Shown here: in pieces, positions 48,448 through 57,422 of the stretch
How the letters are laid out: each line of letters begins with the position of its first letter
How positions within the stretch are numbered: the first letter of the stretch is position 1
From: Candidatus Bathyarchaeota archaeon
GTDB taxonomy: Archaea > Thermoproteota > Bathyarchaeia > Bathyarchaeales > Bathycorpusculaceae
Assembly: GCA_963702095.1 (NCBI GenBank)
Contig: OY969706.1
Location: 2,688,001 to 2,752,000 of the forward strand
Length of the DNA stretch: 64,000 nt
Direction: 5' to 3'
Program-made: the position numbers and the translations under genes
Notes under the pieces: model-generated
The model's database searches: none
Seen by the model: only the letters and a program-made list of their open reading frames with translations
Told to the model about the DNA's origin: nothing

Positions 48448-48831
48448 ATTTTGCCTCCATATCGTTTAGTTTGGCTTCTACTTCTCGGTAGTTGAGGTAG
48501 TCGGAGAGGATTTCTTTGTAGGCGCGGGCTAGGGTGGCGACGACTTGCAGTCGCTGAACCTCCACTTTACTGAGCCCGGGGCAGAGGCTGCTTCCAATGC
48601 GCCTGCCAATTTTTTGAGTGTTTCCTCTACGCTAGGCAACTCGGCAGGCAGGGGCAAGGTGGCGGTGGTTACGTGTCCGCTTGGTACCAATCCGAGGCGC
48701 CCGCACTTAACAAGGACTGCAGGGGCTGTTCTTCGAAGGGTTAATGCTATTGCGTCTATGGATTTGTTGGCTTCTACGAGTTTTTTGAGTTGGACTTCCT
48801 CTTCAACTGTCCAAGGTAAACCTCTTGTCAT
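48371..48831 (-). CDS. Myb-like HTH plus coiled-coil protein (terminase small subunit candidate), apparent frameshift near 48578
   Basis: PWTVEEEVQLKKLV..SIDAIA HTH; adding one C in GCCCCGGG joins the two ORFs; overlaps the terminase start. Confidence 0.65.
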
Positions 48832-48923
48832 AATCAAGACCTAAAGGGACTGGAGGGCAGAACTGCTTTTGAACTATTTTGCGCTTCAAAAAGGCGATTT
48901 GTTTAATGCTTTTTTAAAGGTTG

Positions 48924-48990
48924 ATTGCTTTTTTGTTTTGGGCTTGCAGTGGCGTTGCAGAAGGGTTGTGGCGTATTCTACAAGCAGAGG
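48924..48990 (-). repeat. intergenic repeat copy, M3
   Basis: Reverse complement tctgcttgtagaatacgccacaacccttctgcaacgccactgcaagcccaaaacaaaaaagcaat. Confidence 0.75.
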
Positions 48991-48995
48991 GGGAC

Positions 48996-49490
48996 TTAGC
49001 AAACACGTTCAATAACCTGATCCGCAGCAGCCTCGTCACTGAGACCCGCCACATCTATGGTTACATCGGCATATCTTCGGTAAAAAGGCAACCTCTCCAA
49101 AAAAAGCTGCTCCAGCCCCTTCTCTTTCAACCCAACAATTCCCCTGCCCGAAAAATCCGCAGTGCGCTTTTTGATTTCCTCCAAAGAAGCATCCAAAAAC
49201 ACCACCACAGAGATGCTCTTTAGAAACCCCATTGCCTTCTCCGAATACACGGAACTGCCTCCAGAAGAAATAACCGAATCACTTACCGTCCCTATGCCGA
49301 GTATAGCGTTCTCTTCTAAGTCCAGGAACCTTTCATTTCCTAAACAGTCGATTAAATCCTGCAGTTTCCTGTTAGTAGCTTCCTCAATAATCCTGTCAAT
49401 GTCAATAAAGCCAAAATTCAACCGTTCCGACAAAAGCAGACCTATATGACTCTTACCAACACCAGACATACCAATGAGGGTTATATTCAT
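48996..49490 (-). CDS. aroK: bacterial-type (P-loop) shikimate kinase family protein
   Basis: LIGMSGVGKS, DID, SSGGS, ERLPFYRRYAD. Confidence 0.8.
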   Translation of the reverse strand: MNITLIGMSGVGKSHIGLLLSERLNFGFIDIDRIIEEATNRKLQDLIDCLGNERFLDLEENAILGIGTVSDSVISSGGSSVYSEKAMGFLKSISVVVFLDASLEEIKKRTADFSGRGIVGLKEKGLEQLFLERLPFYRRYADVTIDVAGLSDEAAADQVIERVC

Positions 49491-49754
49491 AATGACAACA
49501 TATTGTTGTTGCAGCTATTTTCGTTTTATGGGTTGAAGTTTAAGGTTTGCGTAAAAAGAGGAAACAACCTCAGCCGCCAATCCACCAGCCACACCGAAAA
49601 ACCCCAAATTCCTCCAGCAAACCGCCGCTCCCCAACTTTTGCTGCTGCTAAGCCCCTGTTTTCGGGTTTGGTCGGGACAAACTTATAAACTTAGAGTGCA
49701 GTGATATGCTAATATAACTGTGCTGTATGCAATAGAGCAGGGAAGAGAGGTTAG

Positions 49755-50510
49755 ATGTTTAAGCTTAAAGTATCTGACGCTAAATTACTCCGTGACATGG
49801 CAACCGCCATCTCAATTCTCGTGGATGAAGCCACCTTTAAAATTGAGCCCGACGGGTTGAAACTCCGCGCGATGGATCCAAGCCGCGTGGCCATGATCGA
49901 TTTCGAATGGCCAAAAACCATATTCCAAGAATACGAAGCCAACCAACCCACAAAGGTCTGCCTCAACATAAGCGAATTACTCAAACTCCTAAAACGCGCC
50001 GGCAAAGACGAAGCCGTCGAACTCAGCCTCGACGACAAAACCGGACGCCTCCTAATCACAATCACAGGCAAATACGCCCGCAACTTCACCATGCCCACCC
50101 TCGAAGCCAGCGAAGAAGAGGTGCCTACACCAAAAATCAGCTTCAACGTCAAAGCCAAAACCACCACCCAAGGCCTGAGCCAAGCAATCGAAGACGCCCA
50201 ACTCGTCAGCGACCACGTCCGCATCGAAGCTGAACCAGAAAAAATGACCCTATCGGCATCGGGCGACCTGATGGGTGCAACCATTACACTGGTGAAAGGC
50301 AACGACACACTCCTCGACTTAGAAGTCAAAGAAAACGCCAAAGCAACCTTCAGCCTAAGCTACCTTTCAGAAATCATCAAAGCAGCCGCCGCAACCAGTG
50401 ACATAGCCACCTTAGAGTTCTCCACTGATATGCCGGTTAGAATCGATTTTCAACAGGCAAAAGAGGGAAAACTGACCTTCTTCTTGGCGCCCCGCATCGA
50501 AACCGAGTAA
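49755..50510 (+). CDS. pcn: PCNA sliding clamp
   Basis: AMDPSRVAMI, FSLSYL, FFLAPR. Confidence 0.97.
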   Translation: MFKLKVSDAKLLRDMATAISILVDEATFKIEPDGLKLRAMDPSRVAMIDFEWPKTIFQEYEANQPTKVCLNISELLKLLKRAGKDEAVELSLDDKTGRLLITITGKYARNFTMPTLEASEEEVPTPKISFNVKAKTTTQGLSQAIEDAQLVSDHVRIEAEPEKMTLSASGDLMGATITLVKGNDTLLDLEVKENAKATFSLSYLSEIIKAAAATSDIATLEFSTDMPVRIDFQQAKEGKLTFFLAPRIETE

Positions 50511-50525
50511 GCGCTGGCATCCAAG

Positions 50526-51557
50526 ATGGAGTTGGCGCCTGCCACACTGTCGATCGAGGACTACGCCAAATACCCATTTCTTAAATTGGCTTCTAAACAA
50601 ATCCAAAACCTTCAACTTACCATCCAAAGCATAGTGGAAGACCGCTTTGTACTGGAACGTGCCCAGAAAAGAGTTGAAAACGCCATCCTCAACCTAACCG
50701 TCGGCGAATTAGACATCGATAAACGCAAAGAAATCTCTTCTTACGCCGCCTCGTTGATTTTGGTCATTGCAACAAAGCAGTCGTGGATAAAAAAAAGGTA
50801 CGCTTTAGCAGTTGCCAAAACAGCTTACAGTCAGATGCTGGGGGAGAAAGCGGCTAAGGAAAAAGTTTTTTTGATCGCCAAAGACTTCGACTGGAACATA
50901 AGCGACGGCAAACCCTACAAAGATTTCCGCGTGAGCTTTGCGTTTTTCTTGAAGAACGCGGCGCATCTCCATAACTACGAATGGAAACTGGTTAACCAAA
51001 TCATCGACAGAGGCATGGTGTACCTAAACAAGGACAAAGTCGCTCGGTTGCTACAGGAGGAAATTAAGAACCGAGTGGAGAAACGCCTCGAAGTGCCTGA
51101 ACTAAGAAACCTGCCTGAAGACATCACTCTTGTCGCCAATGGATTAACTGAGTTAGCGCAGGGGATTATGGGACAGGAAATCGAGGAAATGCCTAAAAAT
51201 GTGGTTCAAGCGGCGTTTCCACCCTGCATAAACGCGTTGTACGCGGATATGGCTTCGAGTCATCATCTCTCGCACATCGGGCGCTTCACGCTTATCAGCT
51301 TTTTAGTAAACATCGGCATGTCTGGGGAAGCCATGAATGACATGTTTAAAACCTTCTCTGATTACAACGAACGTTTAACCCGCTACCAAATCGAGCACAT
51401 CGCGGGTGAACGGGGTTCAGGCACAAAATACACGCCTCCACAATGTTCAGTTCTTCAAACACATGGCGTATGCAAAGGCAGAGATGACTTGTGCCGTCGA
51501 ATCTATCATCCTCTAAAGTATTATTTAATCAAGCAGAAGGAGAAAACTTCGGTGTAA
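50526..51557 (+). CDS. priL: DNA primase large subunit
   Basis: AKYPF, WKLVNQ..G.VYL, FPPC, TRYQIEHIAG, PPQC...C...C Fe-S ligands. Confidence 0.93.
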   Translation: MELAPATLSIEDYAKYPFLKLASKQIQNLQLTIQSIVEDRFVLERAQKRVENAILNLTVGELDIDKRKEISSYAASLILVIATKQSWIKKRYALAVAKTAYSQMLGEKAAKEKVFLIAKDFDWNISDGKPYKDFRVSFAFFLKNAAHLHNYEWKLVNQIIDRGMVYLNKDKVARLLQEEIKNRVEKRLEVPELRNLPEDITLVANGLTELAQGIMGQEIEEMPKNVVQAAFPPCINALYADMASSHHLSHIGRFTLISFLVNIGMSGEAMNDMFKTFSDYNERLTRYQIEHIAGERGSGTKYTPPQCSVLQTHGVCKGRDDLCRRIYHPLKYYLIKQKEKTSV

Positions 51558-51613
51558 GGGCATGTGTCAATGTTTATTAATTTATGTGAACTTAATTGTG
51601 GTGAGTCGTTTTA

Positions 51614-52360
51614 ATGGGCAATCAAATAGTTGGAAACACTCTTGCAGATTCTGAAATAGGAGTTATCCTGCCAACATATGGGGAAGCAGCTAACATTGGC
51701 AAATTGATAGATGACATCGAAGATCTCGGCCTTAATCCATCGATTTTAGTTATCGATGACTCAAGCCCCGATGGAACAGCTGAAATCGTGTTGGAAAAAC
51801 AGAAAAAACACCCCAATGTCTTGCTATATAGGCGACCCAAAAAATCTGGGTTAGGCACGGCGATCACGGATGGATTTAGGTTTTTCTTGGCGGAGAATAA
51901 ACCTCCGAAATATGTGTTTACTATGGACGCTGACTATTCCCATGACCCTCAGGATTTGCCGAAACTCCTGGCAGTAATGAAAGAATGCGATTGCGGAATA
52001 GTAATCGGCAGCAGGTACAGCAAAGGCGGGCAGATTGAGGGTTGGCCTCTTAGCAGAAAAATCATAAGTAAAACCGCCAACGCCATCGCCCGGGCTTCGT
52101 TGGGGTTGGAGCTAAACGATTGCACTGCTGGGTACCGCTGTTACTCCACTGCGTTTCTGAGAGAAGTCATCGGTAACCTGCACAGTACAACCTATGAGAT
52201 TCAGATTGAAACGGTGCGGCAGGCTTCTCTTAGGCACTTCCAAGTTAAGGAAACCCCGGTCTTGTTTGTTAACCGTAAACAGGGTAAATCCAAGTTGACG
52301 TGGACGGAAATCAAAAGTTTTCTATCATACACGTTTAAAGCGGTTTGGCGCTCGGATTAG
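51614..52360 (+). CDS. GT2 polyprenol-phosphate mannose synthase-like glycosyltransferase
   Basis: ILPTY, IDDSSPDGT, GLGTA, MDADYSHDP, GSRY. Confidence 0.9.
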   Translation: MGNQIVGNTLADSEIGVILPTYGEAANIGKLIDDIEDLGLNPSILVIDDSSPDGTAEIVLEKQKKHPNVLLYRRPKKSGLGTAITDGFRFFLAENKPPKYVFTMDADYSHDPQDLPKLLAVMKECDCGIVIGSRYSKGGQIEGWPLSRKIISKTANAIARASLGLELNDCTAGYRCYSTAFLREVIGNLHSTTYEIQIETVRQASLRHFQVKETPVLFVNRKQGKSKLTWTEIKSFLSYTFKAVWRSD

Positions 52361-52420
52361 TTTTATATTAGGATTAAATATTGCTTGTTCATTTTACGAG
52401 TAGGGAACGGCAGGTTTACG

Positions 52421-54088
52421 ATGCGGCTTGGCAAGGCTGAGATTGTACTTTTAGTAGCTGTATCAATCCTAGCGGTCAGCATAACGCTTGGAGCCGCCAG
52501 CCGATTCCCATTGGCGACTGGCACTGACCGATCCTGCGTGATTATCGATGACACTTTCCATTTATCTCCCAATGAAGTGTGGAGGCAGGGGTTGGGAGCG
52601 TTTGTCGGCGGCGAAAACATCACCGTCTCAGTTTCAAGCTCAGAGAGTTTTAGCAAAAATTTTTCTGTAGTTGCCTATAACGGTTTGCGGTTCAACACCA
52701 CTGAACCGTCTTTTACGTATACTTTCACTGCGGGAGCAGACTACTACGAAGCCACCTTCAATACGAGCGCAGCCCAAGCAGGCACTGTCCACTTAGAGGT
52801 TTCTGTCCTCAAACCCGAGGTTGTTTACCCATCCAGCTGGTTGAGTATGCCAGCAAGAATCCTGTTTTTCTTAAGCGTCGCCGCTGTAATGTTGATTGTC
52901 TTAAAAACCAAGCTGTTAAAGCAGTCTACATTGGCTGCTAAACCGACTTTGCCTTCTATTAACAAAATCAACCGCCATCGGCTTTTAGGGTTTGTTGTTG
53001 TGTCGTTGGTTGTTTGGTTTGTAATCTTAGCTTTTAACCCTAACCCGTTGGGCACCTTTGAAAACTGGTACACTGACCATGTCAGGCACCCCTACGTTTC
53101 AAGCCTTTTCTTAAAGGATGGCTTCTCAGTTTTCAATCAACCCCTCGGCACCCTCGCCAGCCAAGATAACTCCACTTTTATGTATGTAACTTGGCCTGAG
53201 ATGCCGCATCTCTACCCGTTGGGCAGCGTTGCTTTGTTTTTGCCGTTTGGGGTGCTCTTGCAGAACGGTGTTGATCCCTTGTTGGTTTTTAAGCTTGAAA
53301 TCATGGTTTTCTTGGTGTTTGCGCATGTTTGCCTCTACTTTTTCTTGAAGTATCTTTTCAAGAAGGATATGCATCTTTTTTGGCGTCTGGTTGGGCTCTA
53401 CATCATCTATGTGTCGCTGGTCATCTATGCTGCCGATGGCATGTTTGATTCAGTCGCATTTTTCTTTTCTTTGATGGCGGTAACAATGTTTCTTATGGAA
53501 CGCTATGACGGCTTTTTCTTGTTGATGATGACGTCTATACTGTTTAAGTATCAAGCGGGCATTTTCCTCTTACCGTTCATTTTGGTGGGGGTGGTTATGC
53601 TCTTGCAGAACAACAAGCTGTCCAGCCTTGCCAAAAATAAAAAGGTCATATTGGGAATTGCCTTTGCGGGCATCAGCGGTTCTACAGCTTTTCTAAGTTT
53701 ACCCTACTTGATTGAGACTAGGCCTGAACTTATAATGAATGGCATTCACGCTTTCATACCAAACGCCCAGATTTCTTGGACACTGCAATCCACTGCAGTC
53801 CTCATCACTTTGGCTGGCACCTTAATCTACGCCGCTTACATGCTAAACAAAAACAGCTTCCTCTCCCTGTCAGCGATTTTCCTTTTGCTTCCAAGCTTCA
53901 CTTTGCCTTATTTCCAGAACTGGTATCTGCCTTTCCTGTTCGTCTACATACTGGTTCCACAAAAAAGAAAGGAGTTGGAGGCAACGATGATTTGGCTTAT
54001 CTTCATGATAGTGGTACTCTCCTTCGGCGGGAGTGCATTTAATCCCTTGGGAATTATCCAGCATTTCCAATCGATGATCAACATGTAA
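52421..54088 (+). CDS. multi-TM membrane protein, GT-C-like glycosyltransferase candidate with extracellular N-domain
   Basis: About 12 TM; YTDH after the first core TM, HLYPLG, GMFD, FKYQ, QNWY pattern reminiscent of GT87-type enzymes. Confidence 0.6.
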   Translation: MRLGKAEIVLLVAVSILAVSITLGAASRFPLATGTDRSCVIIDDTFHLSPNEVWRQGLGAFVGGENITVSVSSSESFSKNFSVVAYNGLRFNTTEPSFTYTFTAGADYYEATFNTSAAQAGTVHLEVSVLKPEVVYPSSWLSMPARILFFLSVAAVMLIVLKTKLLKQSTLAAKPTLPSINKINRHRLLGFVVVSLVVWFVILAFNPNPLGTFENWYTDHVRHPYVSSLFLKDGFSVFNQPLGTLASQDNSTFMYVTWPEMPHLYPLGSVALFLPFGVLLQNGVDPLLVFKLEIMVFLVFAHVCLYFFLKYLFKKDMHLFWRLVGLYIIYVSLVIYAADGMFDSVAFFFSLMAVTMFLMERYDGFFLLMMTSILFKYQAGIFLLPFILVGVVMLLQNNKLSSLAKNKKVILGIAFAGISGSTAFLSLPYLIETRPELIMNGIHAFIPNAQISWTLQSTAVLITLAGTLIYAAYMLNKNSFLSLSAIFLLLPSFTLPYFQNWYLPFLFVYILVPQKRKELEATMIWLIFMIVVLSFGGSAFNPLGIIQHFQSMINM

Positions 54089-54120
54089 GCTTCTCAGGAA
54101 GAGGCGTCATTCGGTTTGTC

Positions 54121-54297
54121 TCTTTATGTGGGTGTGGCGTTTTATGGGATGCCACAAGACAGCAATTGAATGCGGTTGCTTTTTGTGGTTGCATTGTTTT
54201 TCTTTGTCTGTTTCGGTGTGGCAAAGGCGTTTTCTTCCACACGCGGTACATGGCTCCATGCAGGGGCCGGACTGGATGTGTGTGTGAAACCATGTAT
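54121..54297 (-). repeat. repeat module M1 copy D
   Basis: High identity to 36219-36396 in reverse orientation. Confidence 0.88.
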
Positions 54298-54480
54298 AGT
54301 TTGCTTTTGTGTTGACATGAACGGATTTATCAGCCGATTGTTAACAGAGAAAATTATCGCCAGTTACCAGAAACCGACTTTGTGGATCAGGAAGAGCTAG
54401 GTTTATGGTTTGTTGTTGGTTATAGTTAAATTGGGGAAAAACCACATAACCACACAGTCAAATGTAGGGAGCGTGGGGAT

Positions 54481-55716
54481 ATGGCGGAGACTTCTAGAGA
54501 ATTCGTTTACCAGAAATTCAGCGAGTTCTACAAAGACCCCGCCAACGCCGTGCCAGCTCCGCCTTTACCTCACCAGCGGGAATTCGGCTACCTTACCTTC
54601 AAAGAAAAATTCATGGTGCGACACCGCCGATTTGAGCAGATCGCCAACTTCCGAGTTGTCCTCGCCCAAACTGTTCCATCAGATGTTTACCACAGCTGCG
54701 CTTACTATGAAAACCCCGATTTTGACATGGACAAGAAAGGCTGGATAGGCAGCGACGTAGTGTTTGACATAGACGCAGACCACATTCCTACTTCATGCAA
54801 CAAAATCCATGATGAGTTCCGCTGTGTCAAATGCGAGTTCGAGGGCAGAGGCATCACCCCCGAAGAGTGTCCCTGCTGTGGCGGCACAAAGTTTGTAACT
54901 AAAATTTGGGCTTGTGACCTCTGTATCCAAGCAGCCAGAGAAGAAGCCACCAAACTCGTGGATATGTTGGAGAACGATTTTGGGTTTTCTCAGCCTGAGA
55001 TAAGGGTGTTCTTTTCGGGGCACCGTGGCTACCACATCCACATAGAGAACGAGGCGGTGCTGTCGCTTGATGCTATGGCAAGAAAAGAAATCGTCGACTA
55101 CGTCACGGGCTTAGGTGTAGCGTTCCTAGACAAAGAGGCTAAAGAAGAGAGAAACCGACGAGGAAAAGCCAAGCCAAAAAAGTTTATTCTCCACAATTTT
55201 GGCTGGAACAGGCGCATTAAGAGGGGCATGGAGAGTTTTCTGTTAAACGCAACCAAAGAGGACCTCAAAGCTGTTGGGTTAAAAAATAAGGCACTACTCG
55301 ACAACCGAGAAGTGGTGATTAGACGCGCTATCAACGAGGGCATGTGGGATAGCATACCAGGCGTCAGCGACCAAACCTGGCTAAAACTGGCGGAGATCGC
55401 AAGGGAGAACCAGGCGGCAAAAATCGACACGGTCGTCACCACCGATATTCACCGTTTAATCCGTATGAACGGCTCCTTGCATGGCAAAACGGGGCTCAAA
55501 AAAGTCGAGTTTAAAGCGAGTGAACTGCAAACTTTTGACCCCTTCACTGGAGCAGTAGCTTTTAAAAAGGGCAAGGTGAAAGTGTTGGTGTCTGACGCGC
55601 CAGAGTTCAGGATGAGTGGGGAAACGTTGGGTCCATACAAGCATCAAACCGTTGAGTTACCGACAGCTGCGGCGGTTATGCTTATCTGTAAAAAAAGAGC
55701 CGAGGTGCTGCCCTAA
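54481..55716 (+). CDS. priS: DNA primase catalytic small subunit
   Basis: REFG, VFDIDAD, FSGHRGYH, IDTVVTTDIHRLIR, SLHGKTG. Confidence 0.95.
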   Translation: MAETSREFVYQKFSEFYKDPANAVPAPPLPHQREFGYLTFKEKFMVRHRRFEQIANFRVVLAQTVPSDVYHSCAYYENPDFDMDKKGWIGSDVVFDIDADHIPTSCNKIHDEFRCVKCEFEGRGITPEECPCCGGTKFVTKIWACDLCIQAAREEATKLVDMLENDFGFSQPEIRVFFSGHRGYHIHIENEAVLSLDAMARKEIVDYVTGLGVAFLDKEAKEERNRRGKAKPKKFILHNFGWNRRIKRGMESFLLNATKEDLKAVGLKNKALLDNREVVIRRAINEGMWDSIPGVSDQTWLKLAEIARENQAAKIDTVVTTDIHRLIRMNGSLHGKTGLKKVEFKASELQTFDPFTGAVAFKKGKVKVLVSDAPEFRMSGETLGPYKHQTVELPTAAAVMLICKKRAEVLP

Positions 55717-56340
55717 GTGTATGAGCAACTGTATGCGGCTTGGCGCAGAGAAATCGACGACTCCACACTGGGAGGATTGCCGCCTGACTTTTACAGCAAA
55801 ATCACAGCTTACCTGGCACGTATAAGAGAAGACAACAAGGCGCTGGATAAGAAATCGGTTAAAGTTAGCCTCTTAGAACATGAAACAAAAAACGTTGAGC
55901 GCATGCTTGGTGAACTGCTCGATTTAAGATACAAAAAAATACTCAAAACGATTACGCGACTGCACAAGGCACCCATAGAGCTTTTGTCTTTGGAAGAAGC
56001 CAAGATGTGCGAGGGCTTTGTGGGCTTCTCCAACACATACCAACAGTTCGCCAAGAACCTTCTGCAGGGTGAACAGACGCAGGCACCGATAACTGTGACG
56101 ATACTTCAGCCGCCCACATCCGTGTCCCCTGTTTTGGGCGCCAAAGAAGAGTATAAACCACCGACACATGTCACCCATAAACGCTTAACCCTACGATTCA
56201 TCAAGAACATCCCCGCCATCATGGGAGCAGACATGAAGTCCTACGGACCCTTCGCAGTTGAAGACGTAGCTTCGTTGCCGGCGTTGAACGCGCAGATTTT
56301 GGTTAAGCAGGGATTGGCGGTTTTGGTTGAGGTTTCCTGA
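55717..56340 (+). CDS. GINS complex subunit (Gins15/51-type)
   Basis: LPPDFY, R.KKI, IMGADMKSYGPF..EDVASLP..NA.ILVKQG; follows priS. Confidence 0.85.
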   Translation: MYEQLYAAWRREIDDSTLGGLPPDFYSKITAYLARIREDNKALDKKSVKVSLLEHETKNVERMLGELLDLRYKKILKTITRLHKAPIELLSLEEAKMCEGFVGFSNTYQQFAKNLLQGEQTQAPITVTILQPPTSVSPVLGAKEEYKPPTHVTHKRLTLRFIKNIPAIMGADMKSYGPFAVEDVASLPALNAQILVKQGLAVLVEVS

Positions 56341-57358
56341 TTTTCTGCCAAGCTGTGTTGGCGGCGATGATGATTAGGGGGTAGGAAACGATCCATGCCA
56401 TCGCATAGAGGGGTCCATAGTAGTAGTGGAAATCTTGTACTTGGAGGGAGTTGGCGCCGAATTGTGCACCGATTGTGAATATGGTTGCTATGCGGAAGAT
56501 GTTGATTAGGTAGGTGACTGCGGCGCCGACAGCGAAGTAGCCGATTTTTGCCTTCCAAGAAATATGCATCTGCTTCAAAAATAGCAATGCGACGGCGGTG
56601 AATATGAGGAGGCTCTCGATGCCTGCGCAGGGCCACGCTATCGCGAATTTAGCGGAGCCCAAAGAGCCTGTAACGTCAAGGGTGGGCATGCCTGATTCGA
56701 AGCCTGAGACAACCGTGTAACCCATCATGCCCAAAACGCCGGCGGCAAGATACGCTGTGGTAGGCACGAGCAGTTGGAAAGGCGTGAATTCGCCTTGAGG
56801 GTACAGGTTGTCGATGGTGTAGAGTAAACCAACCAAAGCCACAAAGAGGGCGGGCAGAGCAAACCCAGTTAACCCTTTTTTGCCAAACGCGGTGAAAACG
56901 ATTAGGAGGAAGAGACCGCAGAAAACGAGGTATTCAACGGCTAAGGGCATGGAATCGTAGAAGGCGACGCCGCTCTGCAGCGACCAGCTTGCGATGGCTG
57001 CGTTTAACCCCGAAAATTCCCAAGCAACATAGAGGCTTGGAAGCAACAGCACAATTGCGTAGAGGGCGGCTTGGGTTTTTTCGTGGAGGTTTATTTTTGT
57101 TTTTATGGTTTCCCAGCTGAGGATGAACTCTAAAGCGACCAGCCAGAGGAAAAACAGCAGAAAAGTCCTGCCTTTCCACATGAGTTGAAACGAGTCCTGT
57201 GTTGATACGTTGAGGTAGGGGTCCATGGGGTTTAGGGTGTAGAGCACCGCCAATGGAACTGCGAAGGCAACGAGCGGCAGGGTTTTTATTAGAATTTGCG
57301 TCATGCGGTGGGCAGCTTCGTTTTTCACGCCGAACACAACTATACCCCATTGCTTCAC
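56303..57358 (-). CDS. exosortase/archaeosortase family protein
   Basis: Multi-TM with triad-like AWPCAGIES (Cys), NIFRI (Arg), FHYYYG (His). Confidence 0.82.
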   Translation of the reverse strand: MKQWGIVVFGVKNEAAHRMTQILIKTLPLVAFAVPLAVLYTLNPMDPYLNVSTQDSFQLMWKGRTFLLFFLWLVALEFILSWETIKTKINLHEKTQAALYAIVLLLPSLYVAWEFSGLNAAIASWSLQSGVAFYDSMPLAVEYLVFCGLFLLIVFTAFGKKGLTGFALPALFVALVGLLYTIDNLYPQGEFTPFQLLVPTTAYLAAGVLGMMGYTVVSGFESGMPTLDVTGSLGSAKFAIAWPCAGIESLLIFTAVALLFLKQMHISWKAKIGYFAVGAAVTYLINIFRIATIFTIGAQFGANSLQVQDFHYYYGPLYAMAWIVSYPLIIIAANTAWQKIRKPQPKPPIPA

Positions 57359-57422
57359 GATTTAAAAAAGGATGTGCCAAAGCGTTAACGGCAACATCAT
57401 TAACAAAAGGAGGAAGGTTGGT

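Noticed and set aside
5465-48831. Frameshifts in guaA, the sugar dehydrogenase, the HhH gene, the PQQ protein (two), rpl3 and the terminase partner as programmed recoding or pseudogenes
   Set aside because: They hit essential genes, mostly fall in short G/C runs and share no slippery motif; long-read indel error is the simplest explanation, though reads were not checked.
46000-49500. Complete provirus around the terminase
   Set aside because: No portal, capsid, tail, integrase or att pair; flanks are core genes.
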